A DNA stretch of 64,000 bases, taken from contig CBDCGL010000011.1 in assembly GCA_965216755.1 (NCBI GenBank), positions 704,001-768,000 of the forward strand. The letters are read 5' to 3'. This DNA is from Alphaproteobacteria bacterium. Lineage in GTDB: Bacteria > Pseudomonadota > Alphaproteobacteria > UBA7887. Made by a program: the position numbers and the translations under genes. Of this stretch, positions 10,001-18,834 are shown in pieces (within the stretch, counting starts at the first letter, position 1; each line of letters opens with the position of its first letter). The notes under the pieces are model-generated. The model saw only the letters and a program-made list of their open reading frames with translations, did not search any database and was not told the origin of the DNA.

Positions 10001-10271
10001 AAATGGCGCGGAATTTCGTCAACCCGATACAACAGATAGCGAACTTGAGATTGCGAAAGAAGCGCCATTCAATCGGGTGACATGTCGCCCTGGGGAGGGA
10101 AGATTGCCGCTTCGCGGTCGCAAAGCTTGCGGATTCTGAGGCGACCGTTGCCATACTGAAAGCAAGCCGCTCTCAATGAGTTGGTTTGTCACGAGACGAT
10201 CTACTGAGGCGTCTTTCCACTGACCGGTGCTGCATCGTCGCTTCGGACGACTCCACAATATAGGGAGATGC

Positions 10272-11147
10272 ATGCCGATGAAACCGCCCGTTTTTAATTA
10301 CGAAAAACCGGAGACTGTCGACGGCCTCATTGCGGCGCTCGCGCGGTATGGCGATGCGGCCAAGATATTGGCCGGCGGTCAAAGCCTGGTGCCGATGATG
10401 AACTTTCGGCTAACAGCCCCGAGCGTGTTGATTGATATCAATGGTTTGGAAGATCTGGACTACGTTCGGATTGCGAACGGAAAACTTCAGATCGGGGCGC
10501 TAGCCCGGCATACGACCTTGTGCCAATCGGCCGAAGTCGCCGAAAACTGCCCGTTGATGGCCGAAGCCTACGCCTTTGTGGGCCACAAACCGATCCGCAA
10601 TCGGGGCACGCTCGGCGGCAATCTGAGCCATGCCGACCCCTCGTCCGAGATGCCCGCCGTTATGGTGTGTCTGGAGGCCACATTCGCTCTGTGCGGGCAA
10701 GATGGGACGCGCCGCGTTCCTGCCAGCGAATTCTTCCAAGGTCCACTTGAAACCGCTCTGGATCCGTCGGAATTTCTTGCCGAGATAGAGCTGGATTGTC
10801 ACGACGGCAAAGAAGGTTGGTCGTTCCAGGAAGTCAGTCCGCGCAAAGGCGATTTCGCCACCGCCGCGGTCGCCGCCACCATGACCATGGATAGTGGTGT
10901 AAGTCGGACAGTTCGCATCGCTCATGCTGGTGTCGCCGGACACGCATCGCGTGCGCCGGCCGCCGAAGCCATGTTGGCTGACAAACAGCTTGACGACGGG
11001 TTGATTGCCGAAGCGGCCGAAATGATCGCGTCCAGTGCCGAACCGGCCGTTCTTAACTATCACGGTGACGACGCCTACAAGCGCGACTTGTTGCGGGCGT
11101 TATCCCAACGGGCGCTGAAGCAAGCACGTGAGCGGTGTGCCCGCTGA
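10272..11147 (+). CDS. Molybdenum hydroxylase FAD-binding (medium, CoxM-like) subunit
   Basis: MKPPVFNYEKP, ILAGGQSLVPMMNFRL, IRNRGTLGGNLSHADP, GDFA. Confidence 0.95.
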   Translation: MPMKPPVFNYEKPETVDGLIAALARYGDAAKILAGGQSLVPMMNFRLTAPSVLIDINGLEDLDYVRIANGKLQIGALARHTTLCQSAEVAENCPLMAEAYAFVGHKPIRNRGTLGGNLSHADPSSEMPAVMVCLEATFALCGQDGTRRVPASEFFQGPLETALDPSEFLAEIELDCHDGKEGWSFQEVSPRKGDFATAAVAATMTMDSGVSRTVRIAHAGVAGHASRAPAAEAMLADKQLDDGLIAEAAEMIASSAEPAVLNYHGDDAYKRDLLRALSQRALKQARERCAR

Positions 11148-11168
11148 CGCATCGCGCCGGGTAGGAGA

Positions 11169-11681
11169 GTGATCATGACAATGACAGAATCGACGGGGAA
11201 CCGCGAACAAGTTCGCGTATCACTAGATGTTAATGGCGTCCATTACGAACGCGACATTGAACCGCGCAAACTGCTTTCAGACTTCTTGCGCGAAGATCTT
11301 GGTTTGACCGGTACGCATGTTGGGTGCGAGCAAGGGATATGTGGCACCTGCAATGTGCTTGTCGACAGCCAATCAGCGCGCGCCTGCCTGTTGTTCGCGG
11401 TCCAGTGCGATGGTGCCCAGTTACGTACGATCGAAGGGCTGGGAACCGTCGACAACATGCATCCCGTGCAAGAAGCCTTCTGGGAAAATCATGGGCTGCA
11501 ATGTGGGTTTTGTACGCCCGGTATGCTGATCTCGGCGGTCGAACTGCTCGAAAACAATGCGTCGCCATCAACCGAAGAAATACGCGAAGCAATATCGAGC
11601 AATTTGTGCAGATGCACGGGCTATCAAACCATCGTCGAAGCGGTGCAGGATGCGGCCCAGCGTATGGGAGGGGCAAAGTGA
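11169..11681 (+). CDS. Molybdenum hydroxylase 2x[2Fe-2S] (small, CoxS-like) subunit
   Basis: GCEQGICGTC, QCGFCTPG, NLCRCTGY. Confidence 0.96.
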   Translation: MIMTMTESTGNREQVRVSLDVNGVHYERDIEPRKLLSDFLREDLGLTGTHVGCEQGICGTCNVLVDSQSARACLLFAVQCDGAQLRTIEGLGTVDNMHPVQEAFWENHGLQCGFCTPGMLISAVELLENNASPSTEEIREAISSNLCRCTGYQTIVEAVQDAAQRMGGAK

Positions 11682-14146
11682 TGACGCGCGGACAAGAGTT
11701 GTTGAAGAAGTCGCGGCAGAAGGAGGCTCCACGCGACGAATATAAATGGATCGGCAAGGATATGAAGCGGGTCGAGGACCCCCGATTGCTGACCGGTCAG
11801 GGAAGATATATCGACGACATTCAATTGCCCAACATGGCCCACGCTGCGGTGCTCGGTAGCCCTTACGCCCATGCCAAGATCGTGTCGATTGACAAACAGC
11901 GCGCGGAGGCGCTGCCGGGTGTTGTGTGTGTACTGACTGGGGCCGATATTGCCAAAACAACCGGTCCGGTGCCGTCTTTTGGAAGCCCGCCATGCACGCA
12001 ACATTGCGTTGCAATTGATCGCGTGCGTCATGTCGGCGAGGCAGTGGTGGCTGTCGTTGCCGAAACGCGCTACATCGCCGAAGACGCGCTGGCGCTGATC
12101 GACGTCACCTACGAGGAGTTACCGGTTGTCGTGGATCCGGAGGCCGCCGTCACGTCGACGGGCGACGCCGTGCTACATCCGGAACGGGGCGACACGAATG
12201 TTGCGCTGCAAAAAAAGTTCACTTTCGGCCCCGTCGATGATGACTTCAGCAATGCCGATCGAATCGTCAAAAGAAAGCTGCGGTGGCCAAGGTCGGGCGC
12301 ACAACCCATGGAGACCGTGGGGGCGGTGGCAAACTATGATCCGGGTGCCGGGAAGTTCACGGTCCATGCCAATATCTCGATGTACAACTATGTTGGCTGG
12401 CTTATTGCTGTCTCACTTAACGTGCCGGCCACAAAATTGAATATCATTCCAACGGACGCCGGCGGCAGTTTTGGCAGCAAGCTGTTTGCGCACAAGGTGC
12501 CGACGCTGACCGCCGCGCTGGCACGCGCCGCGGGCCGGCCGGTCAAGTATTTGGAAGACCGGTCCGACAATATGGCCAATTGCGACAATCATGGGTCTGA
12601 TCGCGTCTACTATGCAGAAATGGCGCTAAAGGACGGCCTGATGACCGGCCTACGGTTCAAAGTCATCGATGACTACGGCGCCTACTTGCAGTTTGGCGTC
12701 GGCCATCACGCCAACGCGCTTTCCCAGGCATCCGGGCCCTACAAGCTCACCAGCGTTGAGATGGATTTGACCGCAGCCTTCACCAACAAGTGCCAGCAGG
12801 GCGCCTATCGCGGGTTCGGCTCGGAAGTGATGAACTTCCTACTGGAACGCATGGTCGACGCGGCGATTGACGAAGTCGGCGCGGATCCGATCGAGTTCCG
12901 CCGACAGAACTTGCTTAAGCCAGAAGATTTCCCGCATGTCATCCCGACCGGCAATCTTTACGACAGCGGCAATTATCCGGCGGTACTGGATGAAGCTGCG
13001 AACCAGCTTGACTATCAAGGTTGGCGCCAAAAACAAGCCGAGGCGCGCAAGGACGGCCGATATATCGGCATCGGCGTGGCGTCATGCCAGGAACGAAGCG
13101 TATTCAGTGCGACGGAGTTTTGGTTCCTGAACCCGACCGATACGCCGGGTTTCACGCTGACCAGTTCGCCGGAGGGCGTTTCGGTCAAGATCGATCCGAC
13201 CGGCAAAGCCTTTGTGACATTGAACGCGCCGTTTTGGGGCAATAGCCCCGAGACGGTTGTAACGCAAGTCTTGGCCGAACAACTGACCATGGATCCGGCG
13301 GATATCAGCATCGGTTATTCAGATACCGATTCGGGGTTGAGCGGCACCGGACCAGGCGGCAGTCGCTATACAGTGATGATTGCTGGCGCGCTTTCGGGGG
13401 CGGCCGAAAAGATCAAAAAGAAGCTCCTGACTGTGGCAGGACATATGCTGGAAGCCAGCCCGGGCGATCTGGAACTGGCCGATGGCCGGGTGACCGTAAA
13501 GGGCGTGCCGGAACATGGCAAAACCATCGCCGAAATCGCATTGCACGCACATTATTTTCGGTTGTCCATGCCGGATGAGCCGGAATTAACCAGCGGTATC
13601 GACGCGAGCCACACCTACGACCATCCGCTGACCACCATGCCATCGGACGACCGGACCGATCTTGGCGTCTTCTATCCGATCATGGGTCATATGTGCCACA
13701 TGCCCGTGGTTGAGGTCGACATAGAGACAGGCAAGATCTCGTTCCTCGACTATGTCGCGGTGCACGACTGCGGCACGATGGTCAACCCGATGACCCTGAA
13801 GGGCCATATCCGTGGTGGCACGGCGAGCGGCATTGGTTCTGCAGTCTATGAGCATTTCTACTATGACGAGAATGGACAGCTGTTGACGGCCAATTTCTCG
13901 GACTATCTGATCCCAACACTGCACGAACTGCCGGAGAATTTGCGCACGGGACATATCGAATCGCCATCGCCTTTTACGGAGTTTGGCATTAAGGGTGGTG
14001 GTGAGGGCGGCCGGATGGGGGCACCGCCGGCGGTGGCGGCAGCGGTCGAAGATGCGCTGAAGCCGCTTGGCGTCAAAGTCGACGCGTTGCCACTAACGCC
14101 CATTAACTTGCGTCGCCTCATTCGGTCCGCGCAGCAGAGCGCGTGA
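11681..14146 (+). CDS. Xanthine dehydrogenase family molybdopterin-binding (large, CoxL-like) subunit
   Basis: RVEDPRLLTGQGRYIDD, GGSFGSK, AYRGFG, GPGGSR, HDCGTMVNP, GIKGGGEGG. Start at ATG 11681 overlaps the coxS stop. Confidence 0.95.
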   Translation: MTRGQELLKKSRQKEAPRDEYKWIGKDMKRVEDPRLLTGQGRYIDDIQLPNMAHAAVLGSPYAHAKIVSIDKQRAEALPGVVCVLTGADIAKTTGPVPSFGSPPCTQHCVAIDRVRHVGEAVVAVVAETRYIAEDALALIDVTYEELPVVVDPEAAVTSTGDAVLHPERGDTNVALQKKFTFGPVDDDFSNADRIVKRKLRWPRSGAQPMETVGAVANYDPGAGKFTVHANISMYNYVGWLIAVSLNVPATKLNIIPTDAGGSFGSKLFAHKVPTLTAALARAAGRPVKYLEDRSDNMANCDNHGSDRVYYAEMALKDGLMTGLRFKVIDDYGAYLQFGVGHHANALSQASGPYKLTSVEMDLTAAFTNKCQQGAYRGFGSEVMNFLLERMVDAAIDEVGADPIEFRRQNLLKPEDFPHVIPTGNLYDSGNYPAVLDEAANQLDYQGWRQKQAEARKDGRYIGIGVASCQERSVFSATEFWFLNPTDTPGFTLTSSPEGVSVKIDPTGKAFVTLNAPFWGNSPETVVTQVLAEQLTMDPADISIGYSDTDSGLSGTGPGGSRYTVMIAGALSGAAEKIKKKLLTVAGHMLEASPGDLELADGRVTVKGVPEHGKTIAEIALHAHYFRLSMPDEPELTSGIDASHTYDHPLTTMPSDDRTDLGVFYPIMGHMCHMPVVEVDIETGKISFLDYVAVHDCGTMVNPMTLKGHIRGGTASGIGSAVYEHFYYDENGQLLTANFSDYLIPTLHELPENLRTGHIESPSPFTEFGIKGGGEGGRMGAPPAVAAAVEDALKPLGVKVDALPLTPINLRRLIRSAQQSA

Positions 14147-14261
14147 GGCGCAGAATCGGGCGCGCGAGTCTAGATCCAGCCACGTCGGTCGCACCTCTCC
14201 AACCCTGCGCAAGGCCCCATGGGACACGTTGACTTGTTCGCGGGAGAGGGGATGGAACCGG

Positions 14262-14295
14262 AAAAAAATAGGCGCCGGGCCAAAGGCTCGGCGCC
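14262..14295 (-). terminator. Rho-independent terminator of the DUF2852 gene
   Basis: Minus strand GGCGCCGAGCC-TTT-GGCCCGGCGCC stem (one mismatch) followed by TATTTTTTT, 25 bp past the stop. Confidence 0.7.
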
Positions 14296-14319
14296 ATTCG
14301 TTTAAGAAGGAAGATTGGC

Positions 14320-14775
14320 TCAGGCAGCCGGTTGCGGCGCCGGACCTTCGGGCTTGTCGCCATCCCCGCCGGCATCTGGCCGCGAGGCCTGTCGGCGGCG
14401 TTCGTCCATGAACTGGTCGAACTCCATCTTATCCTTGGCATGGCGCAGGCGATCGAGGAACGTCATGAACTCCTCTTGTTCGTCTTCAAGCCGGCGCAGA
14501 GTCTCCTCGCGATATTCGTCAAAAGCGCGGTTGCCGCTCGAAGGAGGGCTTCTGCGACCGCGCCGTCGCTTGCGGCGCCGACCTTCGTCGCCGTCCGCGT
14601 TTTCACTGAAGTGCCAGCGGCCCGGGCCGCGATGTTTCCAGCATCCCATGCGTCCACTCCATAGCAAATAGGCCAAGATCGCGAGGCCAATGGGCCAGAC
14701 AAAGACAAAGCCGAGGACCATCAGCACGATCCAACCTGCCTTGCCGTAGTCGTCGATTCTTGCTGCGAGATCCAT
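14320..14775 (-). CDS. DUF2852 family membrane protein
   Basis: WIVLMVLGFVFVWPIGLAILAYLLWSGRM and SGNRAFDEYREETLRRLEDEQEEF...LRHAKDKMEFDQFM signature. Confidence 0.9.
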   Translation of the reverse strand: MDLAARIDDYGKAGWIVLMVLGFVFVWPIGLAILAYLLWSGRMGCWKHRGPGRWHFSENADGDEGRRRKRRRGRRSPPSSGNRAFDEYREETLRRLEDEQEEFMTFLDRLRHAKDKMEFDQFMDERRRQASRPDAGGDGDKPEGPAPQPAA

Positions 14776-14784
14776 TGTGTCCCC

Positions 14785-14803
14785 ATGTTAATGTATTTTA
14801 CAT
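14785..14803. promoter_or_regulatory. Palindromic operator upstream of DUF2852 (ATGTAAA-N5-TTTACAT type)
   Basis: Minus strand ATGTAAAATACATTAACAT, 10 bp upstream of the ATG; resembles the site at 35126-35144. Confidence 0.55.
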
Positions 14804-15374
14804 TCACAGAAGTGGCGATAGGTCGCCAATCTGTCAAGGGATGCGCGGTACGATATTTTCGCCTTCTAGCGTGCCGTTGACTTCGGCGAAGGGATACTCT
14901 CGCGATAACGCATCGACCGCACCTCTTGATCCCGCGTATCGCACTAAATGCACGCAACGCTGGCGGCCAAGGCAAGTCCTCCACCGGCGTCCAAGATACC
15001 GGCAAACGCCAGAACCGCGGCGATGCCATAAACATTTGCAAGTGATTCGCTGACAACGTGACTGGACATGAATGCCTCCGTTACCCCATTTGGGGCGCAC
15101 AGTCTCTCCAGTCATCTCGATCCGTCGCGGTCATGGCCGGTCATCTCGGACGCGGCAAGGTTCGTCTTGTTTGAACGTAAGCTACCAAAACCGCGCATGG
15201 TTCGCTGTGAACAGGTTCACGGACACTGGCGAGAAAGTCGTGAAATTGGCTGTGATAGGGTGACGGCCACTAACCGCGGACCACAACAGCGACTCTTGTT
15301 GCGTGTCTCGCCGTGTGCCGCAATGCTAAGTAATCGCGTGCTTTCGATCCTGACAACGGGGGCGGGTAAACGCA

Positions 15375-15917
15375 ATGAGTGAAGCGCGGCCGCTTGGACC
15401 CACCGCGCCGCGGAAGAACATCTGCCTCTTTATCGCCGTCAGCGTCGCAATGGCGATCTTGATGTGGCCAGTGGCCGTGCGCGCTGATGACGTGGCGCAT
15501 GAACGCAAACAACGGAAACACAACCCCATAAAAATTGAAGCTATCCGCGGGCTCCATTTTGGCGACATGGTGCCTAGCCAATTTGGCACCGGTACGGTCA
15601 GCATCAATGTGGCCAATGGGCGCAAAACAGTGGGCGGCGGCGTCATCGACCTGGGCGGTCGCCATAGTCGCGCGCAATATCGGATCAAAGGCAAACCAAA
15701 AGCGCGATTTATCATCGAGCCCATGGAGCGGACGACCTTATATATGGCCGGTGCCGAGTTGCCGGTCGTTGACATCGTGACCATTCCGGAGCGTGAGGGC
15801 CGATTCGGACCGGACGGGCGGGCAATTGTTGTGGTCGGCGGAACCTTGCTTGTCGACCCGCGCCAGGACCCCGGCTCCTATCGTGGGCACCTTCTCGTAA
15901 CCGTGGTATATCAATAA
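15375..15917 (+). CDS. DUF4402-like secreted pilin-type subunit 1
   Basis: Signal peptide; LHFGD; C-terminal VGGTLLVDPRQDPGSYRGHLLVTVVYQ. Confidence 0.75.
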   Translation: MSEARPLGPTAPRKNICLFIAVSVAMAILMWPVAVRADDVAHERKQRKHNPIKIEAIRGLHFGDMVPSQFGTGTVSINVANGRKTVGGGVIDLGGRHSRAQYRIKGKPKARFIIEPMERTTLYMAGAELPVVDIVTIPEREGRFGPDGRAIVVVGGTLLVDPRQDPGSYRGHLLVTVVYQ

Positions 15918-15991
15918 GTTACCGGATATTTATCGATCTTTAAAAGATCTCGAGCAGGCTTCCAGCAAGTACGTCAGCCGGGTCGAGATCT

Positions 15992-16435
15992 ATGGCAATT
16001 TCCTGCCGCGTGTGCGCGGCGTTTCTTTTGTCTGTACAGGCACCATTGTCGGCGTGGGCGCAGGCGACGGTCAACACCGACATATCTGCGACAGTCGTAG
16101 CACCAACACCAAGCGTGTTCGCTCTGCGGCCTTTGACCTTTGTTCGTACAGCGCAGGCGCATGGTCACGAAGATCTGGGTGGGGCCCAGAGCATCCCGGC
16201 GATAGTGGTGATTCGCGACACGGCGCAGTTGCAATATCAGATTGAAACGTCCGCTTCGGCAATCGTTGTGGGGGGACACAGGCCGTGTGAATGGGACTTC
16301 GTGACGGCTGCCAGCTTGTCCAATCTCGGTAATCCAGTCGATATTGTGGAATTGAGCGGTCCACTATCCGCGGTTGATTTGGACCGATCTTATATGGAAC
16401 CAGGATTCTTACCGCTAATTCTACACTATGAATAG
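15992..16435 (+). CDS. Divergent DUF4402-like secreted subunit 2
   Basis: Signal peptide ending AWA, N-terminal QATVNTDISATVVAP and LTF like the neighbours, penultimate Tyr (LILHYE); the middle is poorly conserved. Confidence 0.55.
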   Translation: MAISCRVCAAFLLSVQAPLSAWAQATVNTDISATVVAPTPSVFALRPLTFVRTAQAHGHEDLGGAQSIPAIVVIRDTAQLQYQIETSASAIVVGGHRPCEWDFVTAASLSNLGNPVDIVELSGPLSAVDLDRSYMEPGFLPLILHYE

Positions 16436-16680
16436 TTGTGTGACGAGCACACCCAGCACGGTGTTTTTGGCTCACTACGCGCCAATGCGAAGACTCATAT
16501 GGACATATTATCCACTTGCTTCCGCCGCGCGCGTGCGTATGATTTGCCTCACTCGGTTCGGCTTACAAATCGCATTGCCATGGTCTGCTGGACAACGTTT
16601 CCGACGTGCAATGAATGCGTGCGAAATCCCCACGGCGCCATCCGACGATTCTATCGAGCAGAGACGGTAGCCATGACAGG

Positions 16681-17217
16681 ATGCCCTCGGGTACTTCTGT
16701 TCGGCTGATAATTATCGCTGGAGCCGCCTTGGCGTTCACTGTCGCCAACCAAGTCCAAGCCGGCGTGGGTGGCGGCGTCGGCGCGTCGGCAAGTCAAACC
16801 ACGAGCGCAAGTGCCAATGTCGTTTCGCCAATCACGCTGACCAACAACGTTGGTCTGTCCTTCGGCACATTTGCACCGTCGACCAATCCGGGCACGGTTA
16901 CTGTTGACGTTGCGGGCGGAAGATCCGTTGTCAATGTCGGTGCGGCCGGTGGCACGGTGACAGCCGCAATTTTCTCAGTGGGTGGCGAGACAGGCAACAT
17001 CTTCGACATTACTTTGCCATCCAGTACAAGTATCGATCTGGTTTCAGGCGGCGGTGACCCGATGACGGTTGATAGTTTTGTCAGTGTTCCGGCGACGTCC
17101 GGGACTTTGTTCGGCGGCGCGTCGAGTCTATTTGTCGGCGCCACCCTCAATGTCAATGCCAATCAAACGGCCGGTTCCTACGAAGGCAATTTTGATGTCA
17201 CGGTGGCCTATCAATGA
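16681..17217 (+). CDS. DUF4402-like secreted pilin-type subunit 3
   Basis: Signal peptide; TSASANVVSPITL, LSFG, VGATLNVNANQTAGSYEGNFDVTVAYQ. Confidence 0.85.
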   Translation: MPSGTSVRLIIIAGAALAFTVANQVQAGVGGGVGASASQTTSASANVVSPITLTNNVGLSFGTFAPSTNPGTVTVDVAGGRSVVNVGAAGGTVTAAIFSVGGETGNIFDITLPSSTSIDLVSGGGDPMTVDSFVSVPATSGTLFGGASSLFVGATLNVNANQTAGSYEGNFDVTVAYQ

Positions 17218-17353
17218 CGTGCAAATGCGATGAATTGTCATGCAAAGTGCATAATCCCATGATAGCATCGCTAATAATGTCCGCGCTATTAGTGAAAACG
17301 ATGACGGCCGCGCAAGCGATTTATTTTGGGATATTGGGGCCAATTCATCAACG

Positions 17354-17899
17354 ATGACATCGGAGGGAAGAGTGCACACACCGTTGAGATTGATCGCTGC
17401 CGCGACAACACTGTTCATCGCGGGAACCCTGAGCCAGCACGCGTTCGCGCAGGCAAGCGCGACCGAATCGGCCGATGCGACTGCCAACGTCATTGCGCCG
17501 ATCGGTCTATCGCATATTGGCGACTTGGGTTTCGCGGATTTCATAGTTACAGGAGCTGGGACAGTTGTGGTTGACGCCTCGGCGTCGCGGTCGGCCACCG
17601 GATCTGTGACTTTGGCCGGCGGGACACCAACCGTGCCAACTTACACCGTCACCGGTGAAAGCGGTCGAACGTACCAAGTTGATTTGCCGGCAGACAGCGC
17701 CCATTCGGTCACGAACGGCGTCGATACGATCGATCTCATCAGTTTTGTCGACAGTTTCGGTGGTACAGATGCCGCGCCGCTTGGGGGCACGATTGGCACC
17801 TCTGACGTATTCACTGTCGGCGCGACCCTAAACATCCTCGGTGCCGTATCGTCGGGGCCGTATTCGGGATCTTTCGACGTTATCGTCGCATACAACTAG
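17354..17899 (+). CDS. DUF4402-like secreted pilin-type subunit 4
   Basis: Signal peptide (AFA); ADATANVIAPIGL, LGFAD, VGATLNI...GPYSGSFDVIVAYN. Confidence 0.85.
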   Translation: MTSEGRVHTPLRLIAAATTLFIAGTLSQHAFAQASATESADATANVIAPIGLSHIGDLGFADFIVTGAGTVVVDASASRSATGSVTLAGGTPTVPTYTVTGESGRTYQVDLPADSAHSVTNGVDTIDLISFVDSFGGTDAAPLGGTIGTSDVFTVGATLNILGAVSSGPYSGSFDVIVAYN

Positions 17900-17973
17900 T
17901 CGAACGCTAATGCTGTTCGCGGCGGATTATTGCGCGCAGTATCTCACCGCTATTTGCTGAATTCTGGCAACAC

Positions 17974-18825
17974 GTGAATTTTCATCACCTCAGCGGACTT
18001 CGTGTTTGGCTTTGTTTGCTTCACGTCTTTGTGGGCAGCGGAGCGAACCTCGCGTACGCCCAAGGCATCGGCAACGTCAGTGTCAATCCGACGCGGGTCG
18101 TGCTGGAAGGGCGTGCGCGGAGCGGTGAGGCGACTGTATACAATCGCGGTAATGAGCCGGCCACCTATCGGATATTCTTTCGTGAGATGGCCATGACCGC
18201 CGAGGGTGGTTTGCAGACCTTGGAAGAGGTGCCAGCGAATTACCCTTCGGCCTCGTCGATCATTCGCTACTCACCGCGCCAAGTGACACTTGGGCCTGGC
18301 GAAAGCCAAACCATACGATTGCTCGCGCGTAAACCGGCGGATTTGCCGCCCGGCGAGTATCGTTCGCATTTGGTCGTGCAGGCTGTGCCCCCACCCGATG
18401 CAGGGCAAACCATCGAATCGTTGGCGCTGGAGGAAAACCAAATTCAGATCCAACTGATTCCGGTGTTCGGGATCTCGATACCGATCATCGTCCGCCACGG
18501 CGAATTGGCTGCAACCGCTGCCTTGTCCGACCTGGCGATCGAAAACACGGCGAACGGCCCGCAGCTCAACTTGCGCATTCAACGCGACGGCAACAAATCC
18601 CTCTATGGCGATATCGCGGTGACCTACACCAACAGTGGCTCAAGCGAATTTCAGGTCGGTCTGATTCGCGGCGTCGGTGTCTACACGACAACCGACAGCC
18701 GAAACGTTCGTCTATCATTGCAGACGCCGAGCGGTGTATCCCTAGCTGCTGGCGGAAAAATCAGCGTCACGTATCAAACTGACAACGGGCAGCTTCTCGC
18801 TCAGGCGAGTCTTGCTCTGCGCTAA
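17974..18825 (+). CDS. Fimbrial periplasmic chaperone (PapD_N-like)
   Basis: Signal peptide; VSVNPTRVVL, YSPRQVTLGPGESQTIRL, GEYRSHL, GISIPIIVR. Confidence 0.88.
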   Translation: MNFHHLSGLRVWLCLLHVFVGSGANLAYAQGIGNVSVNPTRVVLEGRARSGEATVYNRGNEPATYRIFFREMAMTAEGGLQTLEEVPANYPSASSIIRYSPRQVTLGPGESQTIRLLARKPADLPPGEYRSHLVVQAVPPPDAGQTIESLALEENQIQIQLIPVFGISIPIIVRHGELAATAALSDLAIENTANGPQLNLRIQRDGNKSLYGDIAVTYTNSGSSEFQVGLIRGVGVYTTTDSRNVRLSLQTPSGVSLAAGGKISVTYQTDNGQLLAQASLALR

Positions 18826-18834
18826 GGCGACGAC

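Noticed and set aside
11324-11680. N-terminal extension of the large subunit in the ORF track (likewise 6911-7096 for HyuB and 44746-44982 for the PaaK-like gene)
   Set aside because: The extensions overlap neighbouring genuine genes and lack family motifs; downstream starts fit better.
10272-14146. Aerobic CO dehydrogenase (coxMSL)
   Set aside because: The large subunit has AYRGFG rather than AYXCSFR, and no coxDEFG accessory genes are adjacent.
14760-15382. Short ORFs between DUF2852 and the first pilin gene
   Set aside because: Several conflicting frames with no motif or clear RBS; more likely a promoter region.
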